Below are positions 17,302 through 26,537 of a DNA stretch of 53,869 nucleotides, piece after piece (within the stretch, counting starts at the first letter, position 1; each line of letters opens with the position of its first letter). The DNA lies in assembly GCA_041662545.1 (NCBI GenBank), contig JBAZSH010000005.1:1-53869 (forward strand), given 5' to 3'. A program made the position numbers and the translations under genes. Origin of the DNA: Minisyncoccota bacterium (GTDB lineage Bacteria; Patescibacteriota; Minisyncoccia; Phycocordibacterales; DSPV01). Below the pieces are notes generated by a model. The model saw nothing but the letters and a program-made list of their open reading frames with translations. It did not search any database and was not told where the DNA came from.

Positions 17302-18543
17302 TTATCTTACATCCAGAACCCAGGGAGTTAAGTCAATTTTATTCATAAATAGCAAGAACGATTCATCCTCGTTGAGCAGTGGGTTTATTACATCAATAGT
17401 TTTGTTGATAAATGTCTCGGGTGAAATCAGGCGGCTGGTTTCGCCGGTAACAGTATTGACTTTCCAAATATCATCGCTGAAAACTACTCGGCCCTGATAC
17501 CAGGAATCCGGATAATCACTTGCGGGCAAAGTTTTGGGCACAGCGCAAAAGACAATCGTCGGCTCGTTCCGGCTCCAGACGCACTTTTCAGGCAGAGTTT
17601 GAAGACCAAAATCACTGGCATTATTTTCAATCAAATCATAAATTTTAGTCCGGAACGAGCCGGTGGAGCTTTCCGAATAGAGCGCCAGTTTTTTATTGGG
17701 CGAAACCAAAATGGTTAAACCATTGATGCTCCCGACAATTTTTCGAAGTCCGCCACCGCTAGTGTTTAGGAAATAAGTAAAACCTTTGGCGCCAACCGAT
17801 GGCTTGGTGGTCAACACAACTGTTTTATTATCAGCGAAAGAAACCGACCACTCACTAAGTGGCGATTCAAAAATTAGGGTCTTTTTACCACCATCGGCGC
17901 CGGCAAAAATACCCCCTACCCCATTTCCAGATGGATAGAGATAAAAAATTTTACTTTTATCTGGCGAAACAACCAAGTCAGAAATTTTTTGCGGTAAATA
18001 AATCCCACCCAAAGTCATTTCCGTAGAGCTCGCAGGGCCAGAAAGTGTGGCGGCAAAACTTTCAATGGTTTCATTATCATCTTTCAATTGGCGAGTGACG
18101 ACAATATTATCGCCACCCTGCCCGCCATCGCTGCGCTCAGGCGCTGGCAGGCGGGCCCAAAACGCCTCATAGATTTTCGGTATGGTTTTGTTGGAAATTC
18201 TATTAATCACCAATGAGTTGGTTTGGGTTTCAAAGATGTTGCCGTCGGCGCGTTGGATGTATCGGATTAAATCATCAAAAATACCAGCGCCACCCACCGG
18301 TTCAGTGGTAATTTGTCGTAAGCGCGGTATGGGGGCGCTTATTCCTCCCGGAGGTGGTGTTCCACTTTGGCCTGGCGGAATTACGGGTATTTCACCACCC
18401 GGTCCGGTGGGTAAAGTGGGAGGCGTAACCGGTTCACCTGCGCCGTTTTTCATAAAGAAGAAATAGTAAGCAATACCCAAAGCAATCGCGATTATCACTA
18501 CGACGATAAAAATTATTATTAGGTTTTTTCGGTTAGAGTTCAT
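17302..18543 (-). CDS. Hypothetical membrane-anchored protein: N-terminal TM, Pro-rich linker, beta-rich ectodomain
   Basis: 413 aa, TM at residues about 8-30, PPTLPTGPGGEIPVIPPGQSGTPPPGG linker. Within the T4SS-like operon. Confidence 0.6.
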   Translation of the reverse strand: MNSNRKNLIIIFIVVVIIAIALGIAYYFFFMKNGAGEPVTPPTLPTGPGGEIPVIPPGQSGTPPPGGISAPIPRLRQITTEPVGGAGIFDDLIRYIQRADGNIFETQTNSLVINRISNKTIPKIYEAFWARLPAPERSDGGQGGDNIVVTRQLKDDNETIESFAATLSGPASSTEMTLGGIYLPQKISDLVVSPDKSKIFYLYPSGNGVGGIFAGADGGKKTLIFESPLSEWSVSFADNKTVVLTTKPSVGAKGFTYFLNTSGGGLRKIVGSINGLTILVSPNKKLALYSESSTGSFRTKIYDLIENNASDFGLQTLPEKCVWSRNEPTIVFCAVPKTLPASDYPDSWYQGRVVFSDDIWKVNTVTGETSRLISPETFINKTIDVINPLLNEDESFLLFMNKIDLTPWVLDVR

Positions 18544-18560
18544 ATAAGAAATATTATTTA

Positions 18561-19475
18561 TTAGGGTGCCTCAGTACAATTTTCCGTAATAATATAATAA
18601 GGGCTTGTGCTATTGAGAGCTGCGCTCGCTCGGGATTGACAGCTGTTATAAGTCAAAACAGAAGTGACGGGATTACCGGTTGCTGTTTTGGTGCAGGGTT
18701 CAGTTATCGTGTATGTGAGTCCACCACTATTGGAGCTAGTACGCACAACACTCATCCGTGCGTTACAAGAAGTGGGATTAAGGAAACCGTGTTCCTCCTC
18801 TGCTGTTCCTGCCTTTGGTTCCAACACACAATCTTTTGCAATGGCCGATGCACTTACCGACAATAATCTCGAATTACATTCATTATATGTATCAAACGAG
18901 ACACTGTAATCTGTTCCGTTAACAGCACTTGTGTATTCCAACACATATACACCTTGTTGATATTTTAACTTAAATTCTGCCTCGTAGTATGTGATTCTAA
19001 ACCTTGCCGTTGCTGCTGGTGGCGTGGTTGGTCCAGTAGCTGGTGTAACGGGGGTTATATTAAGGTTAAAATTTACCAAGGATGGATTAATGGTAAGTAA
19101 AATAAGATAAGAGCCAAGTGCCAACAGTAAGCCATAAATGGCGTTTGTGATAGTTTTTCTGGCATCACCTTTACTAGTTATCGCTTCGGCTGTCATATAT
19201 TTAATACCACCCCAGATAATCATAATAATCGCCAAAGCGGCGGCGATACCAATGGCTAGATTAAAAGCTCCCTTAATGTAATTACCAGCATCTTGTACGG
19301 CTGGTTTGCCACCAACTGTGGTGTCAGTTGTTCCCGGCAACGGTGCTAAGGGCACATAGGGTGCGGCAAAAACAGTGGTTACTGCCAAAAAATTAGCCAC
19401 AATAATCAAAGCCAAACCGACAGCGAATATTTTTTTATTAAAACGAGAAGAACCCATTGTTGTTTTGTTCACCAA
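18561..19475 (-). CDS. VirB2/TrbC-like (T4SS pilin-like) protein with a C-terminal triple Cys-pair repeat domain
   Basis: Signal peptide (..VTTVFA/AP), then two hydrophobic helices (AFNLAIGIAAALAIIMIIWGG; AIYGLLLALGSYLILLTINP) joined by a charged loop. The start may be the ATG at 19457. Confidence 0.6.
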   Translation of the reverse strand: MVNKTTMGSSRFNKKIFAVGLALIIVANFLAVTTVFAAPYVPLAPLPGTTDTTVGGKPAVQDAGNYIKGAFNLAIGIAAALAIIMIIWGGIKYMTAEAITSKGDARKTITNAIYGLLLALGSYLILLTINPSLVNFNLNITPVTPATGPTTPPAATARFRITYYEAEFKLKYQQGVYVLEYTSAVNGTDYSVSFDTYNECNSRLLSVSASAIAKDCVLEPKAGTAEEEHGFLNPTSCNARMSVVRTSSNSGGLTYTITEPCTKTATGNPVTSVLTYNSCQSRASAALNSTSPYYIITENCTEAP

Positions 19476-20451
19476 ATGAAATATTAAAGGATTTGGTGGT
19501 GAATTGGAAAATATCTTTTAGGTGATTGATCCGTAGTCCGACGGCAGCCACGCCGGCTTCATCACTAACCTGTCTTAAAGTGATTTGATTATTCTCATCA
19601 CCCGATGGAACTGTCTGGTTATTCATTTGCCAGACAAAATTAAGTTGAGGGTCGGCGGCGGTTGTTGCGTCAAAAAAGTAAGGAACGGCAAAAAGATTAA
19701 TTTCTTGGCCACTTAGGGCCGTGCCAGCCGATAACTCTTTATTGAACAAAATTCCTAAGCGCGGATTATTTTCATAAAAAGCTACCGATGGGGATTGGGG
19801 TTGAGCGGTTATTGTTCCGTAAGCGGAGACCATACCGTCTAAAGTTGAGACTGTTACTGAGATAGTAGTTGCCTTCACAGGCACCGAGCTTTTAGCGGTT
19901 ATTATATTTTTGCCAGCACCAGAAGCGCTTTGAATTGTTTTGTAATCCACTTGCCATTTGTAAATAAGTTCGTTGTCGCCGAATCTTTGACCGTCTTTAA
20001 TAATTTCTGGTATGGCGATGACTTTGATGGGCGAACCGTAACTGTAAAGTTTTTTTCCTTTGTAAAATGGCGGTGCGTAGGAAATTGGTTCCCAAATTAA
20101 GCTCACTTCAGCTGGCGTAATAGATACAGTTTCGTTAAGCTTGGCGCCGTCTATGGTTTCTATGGTAACAATCAAATTGCTTGATATGCCGATGTTGCCG
20201 GTTTTGAAACTGAAACTTTTTTCACCGACTGACGCCTTTTCCAACTTGCCGTTTAAGAACCAAGAAATTTTTGAACGGTCCAAGTCAATGCCCAGACCTT
20301 CAAGGGTGGCTTTGACAGTTTGATTGGCACCCGGGGATTCTGGCAAAAGATGAATTGTTACATCGCCGGCAGTGAGATAAGACGGTAAAAGTTGAGCACC
20401 GGCGAATAGTGGTAAGATGAGTAAGAGAGTGATTATAAATTTTGTTGGCAT
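19438..20451 (-). CDS. Secreted hypothetical protein, beta-sandwich-repeat-like
   Basis: Signal peptide MPTKFIITLLLILPLFAGA. 337 aa, no family recognised. Operon context. Confidence 0.6.
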   Translation of the reverse strand: MPTKFIITLLLILPLFAGAQLLPSYLTAGDVTIHLLPESPGANQTVKATLEGLGIDLDRSKISWFLNGKLEKASVGEKSFSFKTGNIGISSNLIVTIETIDGAKLNETVSITPAEVSLIWEPISYAPPFYKGKKLYSYGSPIKVIAIPEIIKDGQRFGDNELIYKWQVDYKTIQSASGAGKNIITAKSSVPVKATTISVTVSTLDGMVSAYGTITAQPQSPSVAFYENNPRLGILFNKELSAGTALSGQEINLFAVPYFFDATTAADPQLNFVWQMNNQTVPSGDENNQITLRQVSDEAGVAAVGLRINHLKDIFQFTTKSFNISFGEQNNNGFFSF

Positions 20452-20456
20452 TGTTA

Positions 20457-20840
20457 TTATTTTACCACACTCGCAATTTTTGGTGGAATTTTGCCGTGGC
20501 GACCTTTAAGTGCGGTGACAGCGGTTGCCGCGACCTGGCTTTTAGTGGTTATCCACATTATCGCGATGGCGACTGTCCAAGCGGGCAAAACATTAAGCGC
20601 TGGAATAATTTCAACTAAACCGGCTCCTACAAAAGGTAAACCGCGTCTGACACTGATAAAATTAACCCCGTAAATTTTGAACCAAATATAGAAGGTTATC
20701 CAAATAAATATATCCAATAAGGTATTAACAACGATACCTATTACAAAAAGACCGGCAATAATTTGGACCAAATCAATAAAACCAGCGATAGCCAGCATAA
20801 AAACCCAAGTGTGTTTTTCAATTTTTCTTTCGTCGTTCAT
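20457..20840 (-). CDS. Small polytopic membrane protein (about 4 TM)
   Basis: 127 aa, hydrophobic. First gene after the virB4-distal hairpins. Confidence 0.55.
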   Translation of the reverse strand: MNDERKIEKHTWVFMLAIAGFIDLVQIIAGLFVIGIVVNTLLDIFIWITFYIWFKIYGVNFISVRRGLPFVGAGLVEIIPALNVLPAWTVAIAIMWITTKSQVAATAVTALKGRHGKIPPKIASVVK

Positions 20841-20861
20841 TTTTGTTCGGTAATATTAATT

Positions 20862-20901
20862 CCTCCTTTGAAAAAGGAGGTGCCCCGATGTCAATCGGGG
20901 C
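20862..20901 (-). promoter_or_regulatory. Tandem intra-operon hairpins (possible attenuator or processing site)
   Basis: GCCCCGAT/ATCGGGGC (20882-20901) and CCTCCTTT/AAAGGAGG (20862-20880). This is the only sizeable gap (70 nt) in the operon. Confidence 0.4.
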
Positions 20902-20910
20902 GGAGGATTT

Positions 20911-22725
20911 TTAAATCCCCCCCTCACTTGCCTCCAGTTCCTGGCGGGCTTTTTTGATAGCTAAAATTTGCGACGGGTCGGAGGTGATGATTTGGTCCTC
21001 GGTGTAGGAGGCGATAATTTTTATAGCCACATGTTTTAAGCCGGCAAAGAAAATCCCCTCCCCCACATCTGATTCCAGCAACAGAAATTTTTCCTCATCA
21101 GTTAAATTAAAAATCTGTTGGACTTTGTCTATTACTGAAGTGGATTGTTTAAGCAAAATCTGAATGGATGAGTTAGTAATAATTGGTAGGCCGTAAGAAG
21201 ATTTTAAGAAGTCGTCAACATCTTGAGTGATGGTTGCCAAACCCAAAAAATATTTTCGGCCTCGTTTTGCCAATGACAACAAAAATGACGCCGTGTCCTC
21301 GGATTTCATCATCCACCACGCCTCGTCAATTACCAGTAGCCGTTTTTTCAGTTTTTTTCTGATAGCATTCCAAATAAAGTGGGTAACGATATACATTGCT
21401 ACCGGTTTTAACTCTTCCTCCATATCTCTCAAAGAAAAAACAACAAATTTACCATCGATATCCACATTAGACGGTTGATTGATAAAACCGGCCCAAGTGC
21501 CGTGGGTGTATTTGGATAGCCGTTGGGTCAGACTTTGACCACCTTCCATACCAGCTAACACCATTTCAAAATCAGACATTAGGGGGGGCTCCACTGCCGC
21601 GAAGTCACTTTCAACTCCAATATCTTTTAGAGCATAAGTTTCAGTAACGGCACGATCAACAATAGAGTCCTCTTCCGGCGATAAACCACTTAACATTATT
21701 CGGAATAGTCCGACTAAGTTGATAATGTGAGAACGCAAAACATCCGCCGGGGATTCATCCTCGCGCGCTACCGGTAATTCAAAAGGATTGATGTGATGCT
21801 CGGAGGTGAGCGAGATGTTGAAATATTTTCCGCCGGTAGCGTTGGCCATATATTCGTATTCTCGCTCTGGGTCAAGCACCAAAACATCAACATCAAACAT
21901 CAAGGAGCGAAGAATTTCCAATTTGGTCATATAGCTTTTTCCTGAACCAGATTTGGCGAAAACGATGGAGTTGAAATTTTCCAATGAGAAACGATCAAAT
22001 AACACCAATGAAGAATTGTGGCGGTTAATACCATAAAGAATGCCTTTGTCGGAAGTCAGGTCAAAAGAAACGAAAGGAAAAACACTGGATAATGGTGATG
22101 AATTGAGTTTGGAATGGACCATTAGCTCGTCGGTGGCGGTAGGAATGATGCTTCGGAAACCTTGTTCCTGTTGAAAAAGCGCGGGTTTTAGATAAACCAT
22201 TTTGGCTTCCAACATTGATTTGATTTCCGATTCCAAACGGTTGAGGTCATTATCATTTTCGGCAAAGATGGAAATATAGAGTCCGACATCAAAAATTTTT
22301 TCGGTGGCCTGTTGAAGAGAGTCGCGCAAACTTTCCAAATCTTGATAAGCTGTGTCCAGCTTTGGGTCGCGCACTAGTCCTTTTTCTTCCCTCAAGTGAA
22401 TCTGACTTTGGACTTCGGCAACTTTTTTCTGGAATTGGCGTAGGACTCGTGCCGTTTCCACTGGATGGATGAAAATGGAAACATTAAATACTTTATCTAG
22501 ATTGATAATTGGCGCGAACCAACTTTCCGAAAGATATCGTGGATAGGAAATAACGAAGAAAGTTCTGATCAGTTTTTCGCCCAAATTAATTTCTCTAGGA
22601 TTTACCTTAAAAGCTGACGGAGCAATAATGTCTTGTAATTCCAAAACACCCGCCTCGTAAATTTCGCTAGGCAAAACCGGCGCCACTTGCAACTTATTTT
22701 TTTTAAATATGTCTAGCAATCCCAT
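20911..22725 (-). CDS. virB4: VirB4/TrbE/CagE-like type IV secretion ATPase
   Basis: Walker A FAKSGSGKSYMTK, Walker B LLVIDEAWWMM, N-terminal region FFVISYPRYL...W typical of VirB4-like ATPases. 604 aa. Confidence 0.85.
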   Translation of the reverse strand: MGLLDIFKKNKLQVAPVLPSEIYEAGVLELQDIIAPSAFKVNPREINLGEKLIRTFFVISYPRYLSESWFAPIINLDKVFNVSIFIHPVETARVLRQFQKKVAEVQSQIHLREEKGLVRDPKLDTAYQDLESLRDSLQQATEKIFDVGLYISIFAENDNDLNRLESEIKSMLEAKMVYLKPALFQQEQGFRSIIPTATDELMVHSKLNSSPLSSVFPFVSFDLTSDKGILYGINRHNSSLVLFDRFSLENFNSIVFAKSGSGKSYMTKLEILRSLMFDVDVLVLDPEREYEYMANATGGKYFNISLTSEHHINPFELPVAREDESPADVLRSHIINLVGLFRIMLSGLSPEEDSIVDRAVTETYALKDIGVESDFAAVEPPLMSDFEMVLAGMEGGQSLTQRLSKYTHGTWAGFINQPSNVDIDGKFVVFSLRDMEEELKPVAMYIVTHFIWNAIRKKLKKRLLVIDEAWWMMKSEDTASFLLSLAKRGRKYFLGLATITQDVDDFLKSSYGLPIITNSSIQILLKQSTSVIDKVQQIFNLTDEEKFLLLESDVGEGIFFAGLKHVAIKIIASYTEDQIITSDPSQILAIKKARQELEASEGGI

Positions 22726-22728
22726 AAA

Positions 22729-23400
22729 TTAAATTTGACTTAGCTGGATTGGTTTTTCCATTTCGCCCGGATTGAAAATTTTATAAAACAACTCAATTAC
22801 CTCTTCGGTGCCCAACGGTGCGGTACGCAAACCACAACTAGCTAATCCTTGCGCCACCACTCCAACCCTTTGGTCCATTTGCAAGCGGTCTTCCTCAAAT
22901 CTTTCTATTCTTCTAACCGCTTCATCAGTTGCTTGTTCTCGCCGGCCCAGAAATTTTTGAACTGGATTATTTGTCGCATTTAACATTGCCGGTGAATAAG
23001 GAATAGTAACAAAAAAACTTTTGCTCATTATATTAGTATTCTCGGTAAAATTTTTAATGAAACCGATATATTCGCGGACTTGGATTTTCATTAGGTCATT
23101 GGTTTGTTCTTTAACTCTTTCTTCCAAAAGAGCTAGATAAGGTCGAATATCCAATCGTCGCGATTGAATGAAAATTTGAACGGAAAAATCTAATGAGTTT
23201 AAAAAATTTTGGAATTGGCCAATGATTGCCTGTTGCTCATCCGCACCTTTCAAAGCAAAATTAATTGATGACACCAAAAGAATTGCCCGATAGGAACCAT
23301 CTTTCAAAACAACAATACCATCTCGCACCTCTTTGATGGGCACGAACTCTTGGGAGGGTTTTGGTTGTGAATTAAAGAAAGCCATTGATTCATTATACAC
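22729..23400 (-). CDS. Hypothetical protein resembling a VirB4 N-terminal (CagE/TrbE/VirB-type) domain, without a P-loop
   Basis: VPIKEVRDGIVVLKDGSYRAILLVSSINFALKGADEQQAIIGQFQNFLNSL pattern. In frame with virB4 and 6 nt from it. Confidence 0.45.
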   Translation of the reverse strand: MYNESMAFFNSQPKPSQEFVPIKEVRDGIVVLKDGSYRAILLVSSINFALKGADEQQAIIGQFQNFLNSLDFSVQIFIQSRRLDIRPYLALLEERVKEQTNDLMKIQVREYIGFIKNFTENTNIMSKSFFVTIPYSPAMLNATNNPVQKFLGRREQATDEAVRRIERFEEDRLQMDQRVGVVAQGLASCGLRTAPLGTEEVIELFYKIFNPGEMEKPIQLSQI

Positions 23401-23831
23401 TACTTATTTTTCATCGTTTCTCTGGTACCGGGACCCATTTGGTCATAAATGTCCAAACTCCAAGTTAGGTCTTTTAATTTACTTTCGGACAAACGGGGCA
23501 CAGTGATGGGCGATTCTTCTGCCGCTTTAATACCTTTGCCCGTTGGCACTTTTGGTATTTTGCGCCAGATATATAGTCGGTTGCCTCGGAAAAAATGAAA
23601 AGCCGATTCCATAACGGAAACAAATGTCCGGCCGTTTACTCGGTAAAAAGCCAAAGCCAAGGCCAGACCGGCGGCGGCCAATATCAAAGGGATGGCAATA
23701 AATATATTTAGAAAACGATAAAGAGCAAAACAAATTCCCGCGCCGCCGGCAAGGTAAATAAACTGCTTCAAGGTTAAGGGCCCGAAAATTCTGTCTTCTA
23801 CTTCAATGAATTGTGGGATTTGAAAACGCAT
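23400..23831 (-). CDS. PrgI-family (VirB3-like) small membrane protein
   Basis: MRFQIPQFIEVEDRIFGPLTLKQFIYL followed by two TM helices. Sits upstream of virB4, as in Gram-positive T4SS loci. Confidence 0.65.
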   Translation of the reverse strand: MRFQIPQFIEVEDRIFGPLTLKQFIYLAGGAGICFALYRFLNIFIAIPLILAAAGLALALAFYRVNGRTFVSVMESAFHFFRGNRLYIWRKIPKVPTGKGIKAAEESPITVPRLSESKLKDLTWSLDIYDQMGPGTRETMKNK

Positions 23832-23832
23832 A

Positions 23833-24489
23833 TTATTTCAATGGCTCGCGATAAGGGTCGGCTACATAAGGAGGTGGTTCTTTTATTTCCTCCACCGATT
23901 TCGGCATTCTCACCATTCCACTCAACTTATCTTGCACAATGTTGCTAGTTGGTTTCGTCGGCACTGGGTTTTCAATGTCGCGCAAAATTTCTTCGCGGCT
24001 TGGTGGTTTTTCTTCCGGCTCCATTGTTGGAGGTAACGGAGGTGTTGGGGGTAACGGAACTAGTTGCGGGGTTGGGAGCGGTTCGGGAACAACGGGCGCT
24101 GGTGGAACAGGTATTGGGGGTTTGGGAACAATTGGTGTTGGGATTGGCGGTTTTCCACTTCCTACTTCCTCCTCACGAATCCCATGAATCTTTCTCAATG
24201 ATTCCCGAACGGGGCGGAAAATTTCTGTGTTAATGTCTTCGGCAATCGCCCGCGCTTTTTCCTCCGGCACATTAAGTGCTTTGGCAATGTTCCCAATAAA
24301 TTTTAATGGATGTTCTAGACCTATCATTACTAGATTGGTTTCTATTTCAAGATTCCCCGATTGGTTGTCGCGCAAACTATATTTGTTCATAATGCCGGTG
24401 AATTTTTGTTTGGTATCGGCAGATAAAATTACCATCCGGATGTCTTCAGGAATTGTTTTGCCAAATGTAGTTTTTGTGTTTTCGTCCAT
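23833..24489 (-). CDS. Hypothetical protein with a long Pro-rich segment
   Basis: 218 aa. PPIPTPIVPKPPIPVPPAPVVPEPLPTPQLVPLPPTPPLPP. Confidence 0.55.
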   Translation of the reverse strand: MDENTKTTFGKTIPEDIRMVILSADTKQKFTGIMNKYSLRDNQSGNLEIETNLVMIGLEHPLKFIGNIAKALNVPEEKARAIAEDINTEIFRPVRESLRKIHGIREEEVGSGKPPIPTPIVPKPPIPVPPAPVVPEPLPTPQLVPLPPTPPLPPTMEPEEKPPSREEILRDIENPVPTKPTSNIVQDKLSGMVRMPKSVEEIKEPPPYVADPYREPLK

Positions 24490-24503
24490 TTTATTTTTTC
24501 AGT

Positions 24504-26522
24504 TTATTTACTTCTTAGAGCATCAAGAAGTTTCTTTTTTTCATCATCAGTAAATGAGCTTTTGTTTATTGTCTCTTCCATTCTACTATATTCCTCGCCC
24601 TTTAATTTTTTGGCATTTTTTCTCAAATCGCTCACTATATCGTCGTGTCTTTCTTTGTCCTCAATTCTCTCTCTAATTTTTTTTGTCACTTCTGAAATGT
24701 TTTCTTCCCCATCTCCGTCATCTTTTTTGTTTTTTTCATCCCTTGTTATTTTTTTGGCAATATTTTTAATTATTTCTTCACCAAATTTTTGTCTTAAATA
24801 AACTCGCGCCAATTTCATAAAGCGTTCGTTAGACGAAACCTTTTTGTATGTGTCGTCCCCAAGGATTTTTTCAATTTCCACATCCACCCCACTTTTAACT
24901 ATTGGTGGAGGTGGAATAACGGGTGGCACTTCACTAGCAGATGCTGGTGATGTGCCGGGTGGAGATGATGATGGACCAGCGTAGAATGTTCTTTTGCCTG
25001 ATGGTCCAGTTCCACTTGTAGTGCCAGGCCCACCAGGGGTAGCAGTTGTTGGTGGTGAAGGTGTGATAATGGGAGGTCTACTTGATGGTGTTGTGGTACC
25101 GGTTGGTGTGATCGGTCTCCGAATTAGTGGAGATGGTTTAGCTAAATGTTCGCCGAATTCTTCTTTGGACTCTTTTTTCTTTTTCTGTGCCGCATCATAA
25201 CCACCTCTGTCACCACTGAAGCGAGCGCTGGAAACTTTGCCCAGACCACTGAAAGCTGCTCGCCCCATAGTTGGGTGTCGCGAGGCCCAATCTTTGAATT
25301 TATCCGAATCGGCAATACCTCGGGCTGTAGCGCCAAATGTATTTCTTCCCGCCCAACCTTGCGCACCTTTTCTAAGCGACTGACCCCAGCCAATCATTGT
25401 GGTTGCGCCGGTAGCGCCGACGGACTTTGATATAATAAGGGTTGCAATAAGGAGTCCTATAATGAACAAATAACCAAATAGCATTCCGGCTATCGTGGTA
25501 TTACCGCTTAAAGCACCAGCCCAGCTACCGTTTTCTCCGCCAAGCAACGCTTTTACACTTGGGGCTTGAACGATTCTGATAGAGAGGTAAAGCATTGCCA
25601 TAAAAACGGGAGCAAAAATCAACTGCTCGGTTAATTTGCCAGACCACTTTCCCCAAACATCAAGTTTTGGTATTAGTCGGGATGCCACAGCAATCGGCGA
25701 TACCATTAAGAGGAACAACAAAATAACAGTTCTAGCCACAAACATAATGGCGCCGGCAAAGAAAACAAAGGCGGCAATGAGCATCAAAACTACCCCAACT
25801 GTTTGAGACAAAATTCTTTGGACCGCCATTGTGATAAAAGATTTGACCAATTCAGTTGCCCCACTATTAGCTAATTGCTCTTCTGTTGGAAAGATTGTTT
25901 GGATTTTCAATGTGTCAAAAAATGGAGCAGCTAAACCAAAACGCCATGTTGTCGAGTCTGTAATATCGAATGAGGAAAGTTCCGCGCCACTACGAGGAAT
26001 TGCATCATAAAACCAAAGCGCCGTAATGTTTGAAGCATCAATGGCAACTTTAGTGAAAAACATACTAAAATTAATGAGCAGTGCCGTGATTATTATTGTA
26101 GCTAACATCTTGCCCGGATTGTCGCCGAGAATGGTTTTTATGGCAACATAGAGGAGGATGAAAATGAAAAACATATTAGCGAGGTCGCGGATTATTTTCC
26201 AACCATCATTAATGACCGGTGTTTTGTCCAGAAAATCCTTAATATTAAGCGAGAAACTTATAGAGGCATCAAATAGCACGCCGGCGAAAGCTGTTATCAA
26301 ACCGGCAATCATAAGAAAAATATTTGCCAAACCATCAACAACACTTAATATGGCCTCAAAGGCGAAACTTTTGATACTTAAAAAACTAAGAGCCTTGGCA
26401 ATAGCTTCGGGAATAACATCAGCATAGGCGTGCACCGGCACCAGCGCCAAAGGGCCGGCGATAATGCTCACCAGCACCACGGCGAGGATTAGTTTTTTAT
26501 TTTTTTGGAAGAAGTTGGGCAT
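24504..26522 (-). CDS. VirB6/TrbL-like polytopic membrane protein with a Pro-rich and Lys/Glu-rich C-terminal tail
   Basis: 672 aa, signal/TM plus multiple TM helices over about 400 aa. Position upstream of the VirB3-like and VirB4-like genes matches T4SS synteny. Confidence 0.6.
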   Translation of the reverse strand: MPNFFQKNKKLILAVVLVSIIAGPLALVPVHAYADVIPEAIAKALSFLSIKSFAFEAILSVVDGLANIFLMIAGLITAFAGVLFDASISFSLNIKDFLDKTPVINDGWKIIRDLANMFFIFILLYVAIKTILGDNPGKMLATIIITALLINFSMFFTKVAIDASNITALWFYDAIPRSGAELSSFDITDSTTWRFGLAAPFFDTLKIQTIFPTEEQLANSGATELVKSFITMAVQRILSQTVGVVLMLIAAFVFFAGAIMFVARTVILLFLLMVSPIAVASRLIPKLDVWGKWSGKLTEQLIFAPVFMAMLYLSIRIVQAPSVKALLGGENGSWAGALSGNTTIAGMLFGYLFIIGLLIATLIISKSVGATGATTMIGWGQSLRKGAQGWAGRNTFGATARGIADSDKFKDWASRHPTMGRAAFSGLGKVSSARFSGDRGGYDAAQKKKKESKEEFGEHLAKPSPLIRRPITPTGTTTPSSRPPIITPSPPTTATPGGPGTTSGTGPSGKRTFYAGPSSSPPGTSPASASEVPPVIPPPPIVKSGVDVEIEKILGDDTYKKVSSNERFMKLARVYLRQKFGEEIIKNIAKKITRDEKNKKDDGDGEENISEVTKKIRERIEDKERHDDIVSDLRKNAKKLKGEEYSRMEETINKSSFTDDEKKKLLDALRSK

Positions 26523-26537
26523 TATTTGAAGAAATTT

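Noticed and set aside
21582-21588. G7/C7 homopolymers inside virB4 (21582-21588, and 20917-20923 at its last codons) as phase-variation switches
   Set aside because: Seven-base runs are short for efficient slippage. The first encodes a plausible Pro-Pro and the second affects only the final residues. Without read-level variation this is not supportable. A similar C7 run occurs in the essential pnp gene (39931-39937).
23939-25430. Plus-strand ORFs (23939-24187, 23949-24233, 24994-25200, 25146-25430) rich in Gly/Val
   Set aside because: They are antisense shadows of the Pro-rich segments of the 218-aa protein and the VirB6-like tail. CCN codons read as GGN on the opposite strand, and these ORFs have no start context.
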